Origin: Eledone cirrhosa
Taxonomy: Eukaryota
Length of the DNA stretch: 64,000 nt
Reading direction: 5' to 3'
Assembly: GCA_964016885.1 (NCBI GenBank)
Contig: OZ024741.1
Location: forward strand, 232,624,001-232,688,000
Shown: positions 1 through 18,419 of the stretch, piece after piece
Position numbering within the stretch: the first letter of the stretch is position 1
How the letters are laid out: every line of letters starts with the position of its first letter
Notes under the pieces: model-generated
Told to the model about the DNA's origin: nothing
The model's database searches: none
The model's input: only the letters and a program-made list of their open reading frames with translations
Translations under genes and position numbers: made by a program

Positions 1-615
1 GGACTTGGAAGGGCAGATAAGTCTTATCGTGGGGTTGCTGATGAAGTTCTCCTTATGGTCCTTCAGAGAGAATCTAGGGGGGTTCGGAGTGAAAGGTTGT
101 GTATGCCTCTGTAGTCCTAGTTTAGACACTATATTATAACCCTCTACATTAATATCTTCTAAGTTTTTCAAGGTGGTTTTTTTGTAGCTTTTATGTAGTT
201 CATTATATATAAACTTTCTATAAGTAATATAATCTAGGCTGTATATGTTATTAGTTTTATCTGCGTGTACAATAGTTTTGAATCCACTAATAGAAGTGTT
301 AAGTTTGTTTAAGAAGGTGTTGCTTCTAATATGGTGCTTATTGTATTTAATGTTCTTAACTAGTTTAACTAGGTCATTTTCAAAGGAGTTAAGTAGAGTG
401 TTATGAGGGGGGCTTTTAAAGGTTTTAAAGCCGAAGGAGTCAAAATTGTTAGTATTATTCAAGTTGTTAGATTTGTTTCTATCATAATGGAATGTCCTCC
501 ATCTCACTCTATTGATAAATGAATTTACACTGTTGATCAGCAATTTCTCATATGTATTCCTGGATGGTATTGGTATGTTCTTGGTTGACATGGGGAGTTG
601 GTCTTTGATTAGCAT
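1..615 (-). CDS. N-terminal part of a Naiad-like PLE reverse transcriptase ORF, open to the window edge
   Basis: ATG at 615 then 205 stop-free codons by manual translation: MLIKDQLPMSTKNIPIPS..FINRVRWR..FGFKTFKSPP..FENDL..HADKTNNIY..LKDHKENFISNPTIRLICPSKS. Not in the ORF track, presumably because no stop lies in the window. Confidence 0.85.
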   Translation of the reverse strand, partial: MLIKDQLPMSTKNIPIPSRNTYEKLLINSVNSFINRVRWRTFHYDRNKSNNLNNTNNFDSFGFKTFKSPPHNTLLNSFENDLVKLVKNIKYNKHHIRSNTFLNKLNTSISGFKTIVHADKTNNIYSLDYITYRKFIYNELHKSYKKTTLKNLEDINVEGYNIVSKLGLQRHTQPFTPNPPRFSLKDHKENFISNPTIRLICPSKS

Positions 616-864
616 ATTGGCAATATTATATGTCAGCTCAACGATATGGAGCAGTTAATAGTATTAGTTATACTATTTATGGTTATGTAAACACAAAACC
701 TTAAGCAGTTGTAAGTATTTTACACACACCCTAAATAGTGGTAGGCAGTAATGTATTACTACCTTATTACCAGTAAGTTAAGTAGCTCAATGTAAAAACA
801 TCAGATGATTTACAGAGCAGTTATATGAAATATAAGAATCAAAGAACTGTTCAAAACATTATTG

Positions 865-912
865 TGCTTACAGCTGTTTCCTCCAAACCGAGGTTTGGAT
901 TCTTCGGAGCAA
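865..912 (-). ncRNA. Type I hammerhead ribozyme
   Basis: tgct-CCGAAGA-a-tccaaacc/ggtttgga-g-GAAAC agct GTA-agca (U4C core). Confidence 0.8.
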
Positions 913-1870
913 TTTATTAATGCATGGACAGTTATATGACCTCCCCTTCAGCCGAGAGACATACCAATACATATTCAAACATTGATACATATTCAAACAT
1001 TGTGGGTCAACATTCATTACAGAATTTAGAGTGGCAGTACACACTTCGAGATTACATTTATATTAATAGGTACAATCAAAAATCAAAGATATAGGTTAAA
1101 ATACAACATGAAGATAAGTGGTTATATAGTGCAAATGTTATATGTGTGGCACGCATGTGCGTCTTGTTTATATAGTGTGTTAGAGAGATATGTGTGGTAG
1201 AGGCACTTAGGTAGGTAAATAAGAGTGTTAGGTTGGTAGATCTGGTGGCAAAGTCTTTATATGATTGATATAGTCTGTGTGTGGAGAAATATTATAAGCA
1301 TTAAAGATAGTGCAAGCATTAAAAGTGTTATAAGTATTGGAGATGCACAGCGCAGGGATGTCAAGTAATTCATGTACTTCGGCATTTTCATGGTCAAGGG
1401 AGTGTATATTTCGATTATATGTCTTTCACATAATCCACGACAATCCAGTTAGAGATCGTAGTCTGGTGTTCTTTAGTTCGATACAGGAGGTTGTTACGTT
1501 TCGAGAGACGCCATTGAATACCGGAAGTGTGTGTGTGGCTAAGGGGAGTTAATGCATGCGGGGAGGTAACTCTGGGGTTTCTATATCTAGCCATTAAAAT
1601 GTGTCCCAATATAGACCCTATTTTATGGTGAGGTGCACCTTCCAAGAGAGACTTTTAAAGCATAAAGTGTACTAACTATAGAGTAGTATAACTAAATTAT
1701 GCTGAAGGTGATCATATTATTATTAAGGTGGATTAACCCATCTTAAGGTGCTACAAATGGAAATTATAGATGATGAGCGAGGATTCTAAATTAATGATCT
1801 CTGTGGTTGTAGTCTGCTCATATGACCAGGCGCGGTGATTGCAGGATTGCTTCAGGACCCAATGATTCTT

Positions 1871-1930
<60 letters not shown>

Positions 1931-1933
<3 letters not shown>

Positions 1934-2799
1934 GGAAAAGAATGTAACGAAATTTCAATTCTCACTTTTAGTACGGCTGATACATAAATATAAGTATGTA
2001 TATATATACATACATGCATACATATATATATGTACGTATGGGTTTACCGAACATTTATTATAATGTTCGATTTGTTTGTAAACAAACAGCCCGAATTTCG
2101 CAGTACAGTGGTCGTCAACCATCGTCGCCCTTTTGTTCAACACTGACACAGGAACGATGTACTAGTTTCAAGCTTATTATCTATCGTCAGCATCGTATAC
2201 CTTCTTGTCACATGATTGAACGTTTGAAAGTATGAAGGTATATACTTTCCTCGTTGATATTAACGGCTGGGCAGCCTAATTTGCATATCGAGTGAGTTAG
2301 TCGGCCACGCGTCACTCTTAGTACGGCTGATACCTAAATATAAGTATGTATACGTACATACATATGTATGTACCTATACATACTTATATGAGAAATGAAA
2401 TTTCGTTTCATTCTTTTCCATTTATTGTTTTCGTTACGCCCTGCCGACTAACTCACTCGATATGCAAATTAGGCTGCTCAGCCGTTAATATGCACGGGGA
2501 AAGTATATACTTTCATACTTTCAAACGTTCAATCATCTGACAAGAAGGTATACGATGCTGACGATAGCTAATAAGCTTGAAACTAGTACGTCGTTCCTGT
2601 GTCAGTGTTGAACAAAAAGGCGTCGATGGTTGCCGAACACTGTACGGCGTAATTCGGGCTGTTTGTTTGCAAACAAGCCGAACATTATAATAAATGTTCG
2701 GTAAACCCATACGTACATATATATATGTCTGCATGTATGTATATATATACATACTACTGTACGTCTGTACACATATATGTATGTACGTATATATACTTA

Positions 2800-2800
<1 letters not shown>
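1931..2800. mobile_element. Family A non-coding HHR element, head-to-head inverted pair
   Basis: Minus copy 1931-~2313, plus copy ~2389-2800; HHRs at 2155-2195(-) and 2553-2593(+); (TA)n on both sides. Confidence 0.8.
2553..2593 (+). ncRNA. Minimal type I hammerhead (family A)
   Basis: cgatg-CTGACGA-t-agct aata agct-t-GAAAC ta GTA-cgtcg. Confidence 0.85.
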
Positions 2801-3789
<989 letters not shown>

Positions 3790-3793
<4 letters not shown>

Positions 3794-5367
3794 ATAACAC
3801 TATCCACACCTATAGAAACAACAAATCTAGGGCTAAACATAGAAAATGGCAACAAGCACGAGAATTAATTGAACCGAATACTAATATAAAACCACTAGAA
3901 ACTAAAGAAGATGCAGAGACAGAAAATACTTAAGGGTCAATCCAATATTTAACTCCTCTATAAAAACAAAACTACCTTATATTTTCTTTAAATTAGTTGA
4001 CAAACACTTCTCTAAACTTTATAAATATCATAAAATCTTTAATAGAAAAACTATCAAACTATCTTACTCCACTGCCAACAACATAGAATCGCACATACAT
4101 AAAATTAACTATTAGAGAAATTATAATACAAGTAGCCCGCAAACAAGTCCCATAACTCCAAATATAAAACACAAACACATAACATCATCACAACCAAACA
4201 CATGTCAGAAGACATCACCACCATACATCAACAAACCCAATTTTCAGCACATACATAACAACATACAAAACCATATCGAGGGACCGGCACGTAGAAAGGC
4301 ATCTACCTGATAAATGCCCATTACAAAATAGATACCTGGAGTCAAATATAGTGTACCTATGTACTATAAATTCAGGCAACTTAGCCTGGTACTACATAGG
4401 TTCTACACGGGGGAGTTCAAGAAAAGGTGGTATGTCCACAGACACTCTATAAATAACAGAAAGCTTATGAATACAACAACGCTCGCCAATAAAATCTGGG
4501 AGCTCAAAAATGCAAACCAGAAATACAGAATCAGCTGGACGAAGTTATCAACGGCAATGGCCTATAGAATTGCCATGTCCCACTGTGGTCTTTGTAATAT
4601 GGAGCTATTCCAAATTTTAAAATACAACAAAACGCTACTTAACAGCAAAATTGAAAGAACTATTTTCTGTAGGCATAACACGGCAACCAAATTTGATAAC
4701 TTGCAATTAATTAATCAAATAATTAATTAATTACATAATTAATTTATTAAAATAACCAATGCACACATGAATATATTTAACATTTTCATGTTTATACCTT
4801 CGTATCTCTATATTTTAACCACAACACCACAACTACTCTCAATAATCTTACTATGTTTGCTTTTCTTCGCACATATAAACATTTTTTTATTTATTTATTT
4901 TCATATTTTGTATAATTTTGTATCATCCTCGATGTAACTTATGTATTAGCATTTATTCATTTATTGTTGATATCATTATTTTCCCTTTATTATTATTTTT
5001 ATTTACCTTTATTTCTTCTTTATCCTTTTCTCTCCTCTTGTCTCTGTGTTTTTTTTCTCTATATCTTTCTCTTTTCCCTTTCTACTTTTTCTTTCTTTCC
5101 TCTCTCTATCTCTCTTTCTTTTTTCTCTCTCTATCTTTATTATTAATATTACTAATGATGCTGCAATTTGAATTCGTACAAATACTGAACATATAACAGT
5201 TATTTATCTCCGATGATCTGGTTAAGCTAACAAAGTATTTAAAATTGAGTGGCACTGCTTCAAGTGTTTAGCAATTTTTAGACAACTTAATCAGTGAAAC
5301 AATTGTCAGACTGTAAATAAAACCCTTTTTTTTTACTGTTGACCAAGTTCTTCTTCACTCTTTCAAT
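3790..5367 (+). mobile_element. 5'-truncated, decayed Naiad-like PLE (family C): linker, GIY-YIG, 3' UTR/pLTR
   Basis: NIVYLC..YYIGS..EFKKRWYVHRHS..TTLANKIW..CGLCNME; homologous to 59030-60660; HHR at 5197-5314. Confidence 0.88.
5197..5314 (+). ncRNA. Type I hammerhead with extended stem II (family C)
   Basis: tct-CCGATGA-t-ctggttaag..~60 nt..cttaatcag-t-GAAAC aatt GTC-aga then AATAAA; damaged copy at ~60498-60606. Confidence 0.72.
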
Positions 5368-5392
5368 ATATATAGATTTATATATATATATG

Positions 5393-6595
<1,203 letters not shown>

Positions 6596-6624
6596 ATATA
6601 TATATATATATATATACATATATC

Positions 6625-6746
<122 letters not shown>

Positions 6747-6909
6747 TATATATACATATTGATATGTATATATATACACATATATATACATATATATATA
6801 TACTTATATATATATGTATATATGTACATATACATATACTTATTTGTCCCAAGGCTCTGATACCATCAACACTATAAACACAGAGCTGTCATATCTAAGA
6901 ACTGACTAA

Positions 6910-6963
6910 CTGCCTGATGAGGTCATAGCCATTCAATGGCTATCATCGAAATATATATAGCAG
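6910..6963 (+). ncRNA. Type I hammerhead (family D; PLE end fragment ~6843-7010)
   Basis: ctgc-CTGATGA..atagcca/tggctat..GAAA tatata TA-gcag then AATAAA; related copy at 61877-61929. Confidence 0.85.
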
Positions 6964-7179
6964 AAATAAAGGATTATGAGTTCATGCAATTGACTTATAT
7001 TTCGTCACTATATATACTTATATATATGTAGATCTGTATGTATATATATACATATCTATATACATATATATACATATATATACATATATATATATACATA
7101 TATATATATATAGATATATATATATATGTATATTTATATACATATATATATATATATGTATATATGTATATATACATAT

Positions 7180-7772
7180 ATTGTTATACTTGGGGAGGGT
7201 CATATTGTTGTGATAATATTGGCAGAAATAATAACAGAACACACTCACTGTTTGGTTGGTTTTCACTTCTGTATATTCTATATCTCCATAGTTAATTCAT
7301 GTGGACATCAATGTTTATCAGTGACTGCCCAACGGTCAAAATACAGATAAATACATATATATAGGCTAACGAAGTTCTTTCGAAGCACATCTGCAACATC
7401 ATCAGTGGTTCTATTATGTTTCCTCGTTTTGTATTGAAAAATGGCGTAGACATACATTACATCAAGAGGAAACTTAATAGTACCACTGATGATGTTGCAG
7501 ATGTGCCTCAAAATAACTTTGTTAGACTATATATATATGTATTTATAGCTGTATTTTTGACTGTTGTTCAGTCAGTGATAAACATTGATGGCCAAATGAA
7601 TTAACTATGGAGATATAAATGATTCAGAAGCGAAACCCAACTAAACAGTTCGTGTATTCTGTTATTATTTCTGGCAATATTATCACAACAATATGACCCT
7701 CTCCATATATAACAATATTGGTTTCGACACACGATTCCATATCAAAAACCTAGCAAAACAAATATATATAAA
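7180..7772. mobile_element. Family B inverted pair (PLE pLTR-like) with HHR motifs
   Basis: Arms ~7181-7410 and ~7477-7718; HHR-like at 7368-7409(-) and 7482-7523(+, damaged); other copies at 3300-3450 and 61195-61780. Confidence 0.75.
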
Positions 7773-7806
7773 CATATATATGTGGATATATATATATAAC
7801 CATATA

Positions 7807-7923
<117 letters not shown>

Positions 7924-7959
7924 TTGTGTATGATTTTGTATAGAAGATTATATTACTAT

Positions 7960-10545
<2,586 letters not shown>

Positions 10546-10547
10546 TA

Positions 10548-10596
<49 letters not shown>

Positions 10597-10654
10597 AATA
10601 TATACACACATATTCGAACACAAGAACTCTTAGTTTACATATGGCGCAATAAAA

Positions 10655-10783
<129 letters not shown>

Positions 10784-10831
10784 TACATATGTGTGTGAGT
10801 TTATACATATATATATACATATATATACATA

Positions 10832-10911
<80 letters not shown>

Positions 10912-10949
10912 CACATTTATATGTATAGCTATATACATATGTGTGTATA

Positions 10950-11762
10950 TCTATATATATAAAGTGAAGATGGGCATTGTTTGGTGTTCCGAACTTGCAT
11001 GCTACACCGTTCATCCAATTTTCATGAAACCTCACACATATATAAAACTCAACGCGTAGAGTGGAATAGGCTACTTGAAATTTTCGAAAAATCGATAATC
11101 GGGCCCTATGACAGAATGTTTTTCGATTCCAATGAAATTTTATGTGAATTCGAACACAAGAACTCTTAGTTTACATATGGCGCAATAAAAATAAATTTCA
11201 TATGCCCATATAAGGACGTGCGTTATTTTTTGGACGGCCAACTGCATGTCTTTCCAGCTGTCTCAGTAAACGACCGACCATTAAAGAGTTTATCTTTTCA
11301 TATTCAAATCTACTTCAGAGTTCACGCATTGATGTAAAAAATCAATAAAACTGAAGCGGGGCTCGACTTTGCCCAAAAAAACAAGGCAAAGTTACACATG
11401 GGAAAACTTTTTCCAGGAACGTCCGATATTCTTGAAAACCATTATGCCGCAGTTAAAATAAAGGCCATTTTAATTCTTCTTCTGCACATGTGAGCGCAAA
11501 AATTGTAAAAAAAAAAAACCCTGCTTTAAATTAACTGAACATTCAATATCAAGCAATTTTGACTTCCTCAGTCGTGCAGAGAACAATTTCAACGATACAC
11601 TGTGTAACTACAATTAATAAATTACACACCTGCGTCTACTAACCTATTCTTTTTCATTGAAGATCGAAGTTTTGAACCTGTGAAGCGCGGGAAGTAACTT
11701 TCACACATTCTAACAGACCAAAGGTCGACTTACACCCGGGCAACGCCGGGTACTTCTGCTAG
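10950..11762 (+). mobile_element. Non-autonomous Helitron (short)
   Basis: 5' TC preceded by A; 3' hairpin acccgggcaacgccgggt then acttctgCTAG; no TSD. Confidence 0.85.
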
Positions 11763-14700
11763 TCTTATATATAGTGAAGTTGGGTGTTGTTTGTTTGTTT
11801 GGTGTCCCGAACTTGCAGGCTACACTGTTCATCCGACTTTCATGACCCTTGACACATATATAAACCTCGACCCGTAGATTGGAATAGGCTACTTGAAATT
11901 TTCGAAAAATCGATAATCGGGGCCCCAAAAATCAAAAATCGATATTTTCAAAAATCGTACGATTTCGATGAAACTCAACGCAAGTGTGTATTTTGACCCG
12001 ATGGTGAATGAGGGCTACATTAAATTTCGACAAATTGATAATTATATCACCAGAGTCAAAAATCCATATTTACGAAATTTGTCCGATTCCAATGAAATTT
12101 GACGTAGGTATAATAATCGGACCCCCAGAGGCAAAATTCCGGCAACCGAAAAAAGCCATTCTTCTTGGTTCCATTTGTCGCGACTCCCGCCATGCAAAAA
12201 ACGTTCAATCTATCAAGATTATCCACCGTAAGTCTCTTTAAATTACCGCTTACCATATTCAGCAAATCTTTTATGCCGATTCTTCCATTTCTTATATAAG
12301 GAATATCAAGACTATACCACTGCGCATCATCCTGTATTGCGCCCAGTCTTCTCAAGCGATCATCGAGCCTCCATGCGCTCTCTTCATTCCCGTGGTCCCA
12401 CTACCGTAGCATAATGAGGCATCCATCAACCCCTGCCCTCTCCCTTCCCTGCACGCCGTCGACCCACTGCATCGTTGTGCATCACCATGCGCATCTCTGC
12501 CCTGTCAACTGCAATTCATTCCCCGGCCCTTTCCATTGCCTGCCCTCCTTGGTCCCAAGGACTGCCACGGCTCAACATGCCGAATCCCTGCCACCTTCCA
12601 CCCCTGCCCATTTCCATTCCCTACACTCCGGGAGAGCTCAAGACTTCCATGCCTGACCAAGCCGCATCCCTGTCACCGTAAACCCCTGCCCTCTCCCTTC
12701 CCTGCACGCCGTTGTCCTACTGCATCATCATGCCTCACCATGCCGCATCCATGCTCTGTCAGCCAACATGCCCTCCCCTTCCCTCTCCCTTACCCGCACG
12801 CCTTGGTCGTTCACAAGTGCCATGGCTCACCATGCGGAATCCCTGCAACCGTCGATCCCGGCCATCTCCCTTCCCTGCACGCCGTCGACCAACTGCATCG
12901 TGATCCTTCACGATGCCACATCCATGATCTGTCAGCCGCCATCCCCTCCTCAGCGCTTTATTTTTCCTGCCCGCCGTGCTCCCTCAAGTCTGCCATGCCT
13001 AACCAAGCCGCATCCCTGCCACCGTCAACCCCTGCCCTCTCCCTTGCCCGCACGCCTTGGTCCCTCACAACTGCCATGGCTCACTATGCGGCATTGCTGC
13101 CCTGTCAGTAACTTGCTCAAATGTCATCAGCATGGTTTATTCCTGCGCCGCACTTAACCGCCCATTATCTCAGACTAAAGACAGCACCGAACATAAAGAC
13201 GATCCAGTGTAAATCATTTTACATTCATTTTCAACATATTTAACAAAATTAAACAAAAATTCATCCCTTTCACCTCCAAAGCCTACCGATCATGTATGGC
13301 CGATAAACATCCTGCCTTGCACCCGGATTTCTCAAACAACCATCGTGCCTCCCGATGCTCTCAACATTCCCGAGGTGCAACTCAATTGGCATGCCGCATC
13401 CACGCCCTGTCAGCCGCCACCCACTCCCCGATCCTTTCCACTGCCTAGGCATGGCAGTCTTGAGGGACCAAGTCGCATCCCTACCCTCTCCGTTCCCTGC
13501 ACGCCGTCGTCCCACTGCATCGTCATGCATCACCATGCCGCATCAATGCTCTGTCAGCCGCCATGCCCTCCTCGGCCCTTTCTTTTGCCTGCCCGCATTG
13601 CTCCTTCAAGACTGCCATGGCTCACCATGCGGCATCCTTGCCACCGGCCATCCCTGCCCTCTTCCTTGCCTGCTGGCCGTCGTCCCACTGCATCGGCATG
13701 CCTCAGGATACCGCATCGATGCACTGTCAGCCACCATCCCCTACTCGGCCCTTCCTATTGCCTGACCGCTGTGCTCCTTCAAGACTCTCATGGCTATCTA
13801 TGCCGCATCAATTCCTTGCCATCCGCTTAAACGTCATCAGCATGGCTTATTGTTGCCCCATTTGACCACCGATTTTCGCAGACTAAACACAATACCAACG
13901 TTCACGATAGTCCCTGGTAAATCTTTTTAATTACATGTTCATCATGCTAACCAAAGGATTAATAGCAACTCTTTCATTTCTTCTGACATGCCTTTCTGTC
14001 AATTATGGCCGAGAAGCATCCTGTGTAGCATCGTATCTTTTCAGGCGATCAGCGTGCCTTCCACTGTCCTCACAATTGTCTCACAACGCCGCATCTATTC
14101 GCTGCGACGCCCCTAAACATCATCAGCATGGCTTATTTTTCTGCCGCCTTTAACCGGCCCTCATTCTAGGCCATAAACAACAAAACCGCACGATGATGCT
14201 GCGTAAGTCTATTTAAATTAATGGTCAACATGTTCAGCAAAACAATTGTACCAATTTTTTCTCTTCACCTCCAAGGCCTATCCATTACATCTTAGAGGTC
14301 GGGATTCGCAGCTTCTGTGATTTCAATAATGACACAACAGTCCGTCAGGTTTTTCGGCACATGTTGCTCCGATAGGAATATCAACGCGATTTTCACTTAA
14401 TTCGTAAGTGTTCAGTCTTCCGTATGCTTTTATTTTTTATTGAGACAATACTGACTACAATCATCTAACTTCACTTTGTAGGCTAGACGCGAATCACAAG
14501 GAAAACAATGCTCTGATATACAACCCCACCAAATTCTTTGGTCTACCTAGATTTCAATGGCTATATCCTTTGCTTTTGTACGGTTGTACATTTGACAATG
14601 TCGCAAAACATTATTCCACTTGATTCTTACCTTTCAGCTATGAATTCGGCAGTGCCTTAAAATCCCGGTTTATTTGCGTGCAACTTTTTGGTATCTTATG

Positions 14701-15615
14701 AATGGAGAATCGAAAACCCTTTTTCTCATAACCTGATACATGCGTTACACATGCTCCATGGATGTTTGTGGACTATGTTTTCAAAATACCAATATCACAG
14801 ATTGGAGCACAAAAAGAAACGTTTGTTCTTCATTTATTTCGGTTAAAGCATCCTGCTGGAATTTAGCGCAGACCCGTTTAAATCCAGCGCCTTATACCCC
14901 CGAGTGTAACCGGGTACACCAGCTAGAAAGACAAATGGAAACATTGTTTCCTCGGTCCGATTTGACGAAAGTCGATTTAGTTCCACAACAAATTAACAAA
15001 CCATACTTGAAGACACGTTGAGGCTGTTGCAAAGGGCTATAACCCTAGACACAATTTTGATCAACTTTTTTTCACCTATAGCAAATTTACCGGGACAGGT
15101 TTTTAGCTACTCAAATCTACTTGAGAGGTCACGCATTCATGTAAAAAATCAATTAAACTGAAGCGGGGGTTCAACTTTGCGCATGGGAAAACTTTTTACA
15201 GGAACGTCCAATTTTCTTGAAAAGTGTCGCAAAAGACTCGCCATTATGCCGCGGTTCAGATAAATCCCTTTTATTTCTGCTTCTGCAGATGTGAGCGCGA
15301 AAATTGTAAAAGAAAAAAAAACCTGTGAAAAAATCGACTTTTTCACCCTGCTTTAAAAATCAACTGAAAATTCAATTTCAAGTGAATTTGACTTCCGTCA
15401 GTCGTGCAGAGAACAATTTCAACGATACACTGTGAACCTACAATTGATCCATTATTTATGCTCAATTACACACCTGCGTCTACTAACTAACCTCTGTTCT
15501 TTTCCTTGAGGTTCGAAGGTTTTTGCACCTGTAATGCGCGGGAAGTAACTTTCACATATTTTAACAACAGAGCAAAGGTCGACTTACACCCGGGCAACGC
15601 CGGGTACTTCTGCTA

Positions 15616-15616
<1 letters not shown>
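11763..15616 (+). mobile_element. Non-autonomous Helitron (long), head-to-tail with the previous copy
   Basis: TC starts directly after the first CTAG; shared ~170 bp 5' and ~500 bp 3' ends; same hairpin plus CTAG followed by T. Confidence 0.85.
12200..14290. repeat. GC-rich degenerate nested tandem repeats inside the Helitron
   Basis: Recurring cccttccctgcacgccgtcg..actgcatcg and actgccatggctcaccatgc units, plus four copies of an AT-richer module. Confidence 0.75.
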
Positions 15617-15676
<60 letters not shown>

Positions 15677-15679
<3 letters not shown>

Positions 15680-17190
15680 CAAAGGAAATGTGGTAAGGAA
15701 CCAGATGGACCATAACGCACCAGAGTACTCAATACTTAGGGTAGTAGAGTGGGAAACAGGAAAAACTATGACCCCGACGGCAGAGCTCAAGCCGTTTCGA
15801 CGGCTATTTCTGGACTAAATTAGAATGTTTAGCCTGGTGTATAAGTAGCCGAACTTGTCAAGGGGTACTTCCTTATATGGGAAGATTGTAGTTGTCAAGA
15901 GGATTGGTTAAAATTTGTTGTAAACACAAATAAGTCTATCATGGCATTTGGTGGGGGGTAGGATGGCTGAACTTGCCTGTAGAACAATAGGGGAGTGAGT
16001 GGAGCGGTCAGGCGTTGAAAGTGATATGTATACAGCAGATTTTAAGGATAGTGTATGAAGTGGAGGAGGGAGGTTGAGAATAGGTAAATCGAATGAGAGT
16101 AGGAGACAATAAAAGATACTAGAAAGAAAAAAAAAATATATAAAATTAGTTAGTGAGAAATGAATAAAAAAAATCACAATGCTATCTTACAATTACAGGT
16201 TAATAAGGTGAGAATAGAAAAAAACTTGTAGAAATTACAAAACTGATACAAAATTAAAGGGGTTTAACTCATCTGCTATAAATAGTTAGTAAAACGTATT
16301 AGACCAATTCTATCTTAAAATTACAGGGGTGGGGGAACTAATGCTACAGATGCCCGATGGGCTGCATCGGGGTAGGCGATAGGGGAAAAGCAGACGAGGA
16401 AGAAAATAGGGGGTGGAAGGAAGTGATAGGATGAGACAGGGCGAAGATGAAGACAAAGTGGTAGTTGTATCTCTTTTCTTTTCCTCTTTGTCTTCTTCCC
16501 CCTGTCTCATCCTATCACTTCCTAGACTACGTTTCTAGTTTTACAGTTTATTTGGGGGGTTTACTTTACATAAAACACATTTCTTATTAGTACAGTGGGT
16601 TTTCTTAAAAGGGTATGTTTTGCTGATCAGGAATTTTATGGTAGTTCCTGGCTTTTCTACCACTTTAATCTGTAAGTTGGTCTTTCTCAGGGCCTTTCTA
16701 CATTGGTTAGCTAATTTCTCTCCAGGGGTAGCGTCCATGAACATGACACTCTGGTATCTCTGGTTGTCGTACCAGGAGGTGGCTTTCCCTATCTCATGTT
16801 TAGTCCTATCTAAGCTATTCCATGATTTGCTCCTGTATAATGGGCAAATTCCTTTCATGTCCAGCTCTATTAAGGTCTTATACTTCTCCGTGGCTCCTTT
16901 GTATACTCTGATTATGTCTCTTTGGTTGTAGCCAGAGAACTGCATGCGGTTGATGAAGTGTTGGATGTGTCTTTCCATTTCTGTTGGGTCGCACATGCAA
17001 GACACGTTCTTCATCACTCTGTGATCAGAATATTAAACTTAGCACTACTGTACATTGGTGAGTTTTTGAGTATCAGGTATTTGGAGGCCATGGGTTTAGT
17101 GTAGTATGAGTGGAGAATTTGGGCCCGCTCGTCTATAGTGTTAATCCAGAGTTCCGTTTCTAATACAGGTAGTCAATTGTTAGGGTGTTT
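15677..17190 (-). mobile_element. Nematis-like PLE fragment with family G pLTR
   Basis: ORF 17017-16541 (HFINRMQFSGY..CPLYRS..FMDATPG) similar to 31850-32641; hairpin junction 16418-16523; HHR at 15771-15866; further G ends at 17405-17630 and 56318-56510. Confidence 0.8.
15771..15866 (-). ncRNA. Type I hammerhead with U3-A8 core, extended stem II and stable stem III
   Basis: acccc-TTGACAA-gtt-cggcta..ggctaaa/tttagtc..tagccg-tc-GAAACggc ttgagctct gccGTC-ggggt. Confidence 0.75.
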
Positions 17191-17198
17191 GATAAAAA

Positions 17199-17263
<65 letters not shown>

Positions 17264-17272
17264 TATATGTAA

Positions 17273-17335
<63 letters not shown>

Positions 17336-17370
17336 TATATGTAAATATGTGTGTATATATATATATATAT

Positions 17371-17407
<37 letters not shown>

Positions 17408-17549
17408 CGAAGGAGGTGTGGTAACCAGATGGCCCATAACGCACCAGAGTACTCAATAATTAGGGTAGTAGAGTGGGTAATAGGAAAATGTTTAACCCCG
17501 ACGACATAGCTCAAGCCGTTTCGACGGGTTCCTTACCACACCTCCTTCG

Positions 17550-17587
<38 letters not shown>

Positions 17588-17627
17588 CCGTCGAAACGGC
17601 TTGAGCTCTGCCGTTGGGGTTAAAGAT

Positions 17628-17707
<80 letters not shown>

Positions 17708-17809
17708 CAAAATATTGTAACTTCCACAAATTTCTGTCATGATAGTTCAGTGGGCAAAAATTTGTTGTATTTTGATGTTTCAGAATACAAAAATTAATTA
17801 AAAACTTAC

Positions 17810-17876
17810 CCCACGAAAAGACAGCGTGTGTTGTTCGATCTATAACCTCCCTACAGGGGAGGACCATAGCTCTATG
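17810..17876 (-). other. Candidate 67-nt host exon (HRAMVLPCREVIDRTTHAVFSW)
   Basis: ctttacAG acceptor and G|GTAAGT donor; one open frame in apparently unique sequence; protein not recognised. Confidence 0.3.
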
Positions 17877-18419
17877 CTGTAAAGCAATTATAATAATACT
17901 GAACAGTAGCATGAATGGCTTCAATTATACTCACTCTTTTGAAAGTTAACAGTTGACATAATCTTGAATCAGTAATGACGGTAATATATATATATATATC
18001 TATATAAATTAATAAAAACAATGAATAAAAACAAAGAAACAATTCCTTATATTAAAAAATTCATCATTTTACGATCGTTTCTAGGATATATATGTGTGTG
18101 TTGGTATGTATATCATATAGATCTATGTAAAAATGTTACAAATTATCAGAGGGAATATACATACCTACACATATATATGCTGTCTTCAGAAATAATTATT
18201 TCTGAAAACATCTTCTCATTTCATGATATTTGGATTACATTGAGTTCTTCATACGGATTGGACACTACCGTATATTTTTGGTAGATTTATCTATATATAT
18301 ATATATGTGAGTGTGTGTGTGTAAGTGAGTAGCGTGTGTGTTATTGTTTGTATGCGTGAGTGTTGATGTGCGTGTGTGTATGTCGTACGTATGAGTGTCA
18401 ATAAGTGATTTTTTTTTAT

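Larger units (their letters stand above)
1..1875 (-). mobile_element. Naiad-like PLE, 5' part with pLTR/leader
   Basis: RT ORF, HHR at 865-912, boundary at (TA)n near 1878. Confidence 0.7.

Noticed and set aside
5213-5299. SECIS-like AUGA..AA..UGA in the family C HHR
   Set aside because: Apex too long, AA not kept in the 60510 copy, and better explained as the HHR core
12414-13865. Pro/Cys/His-rich ORFs
   Set aside because: Overlap in several frames within GC-rich repeats; no Rep/helicase motifs
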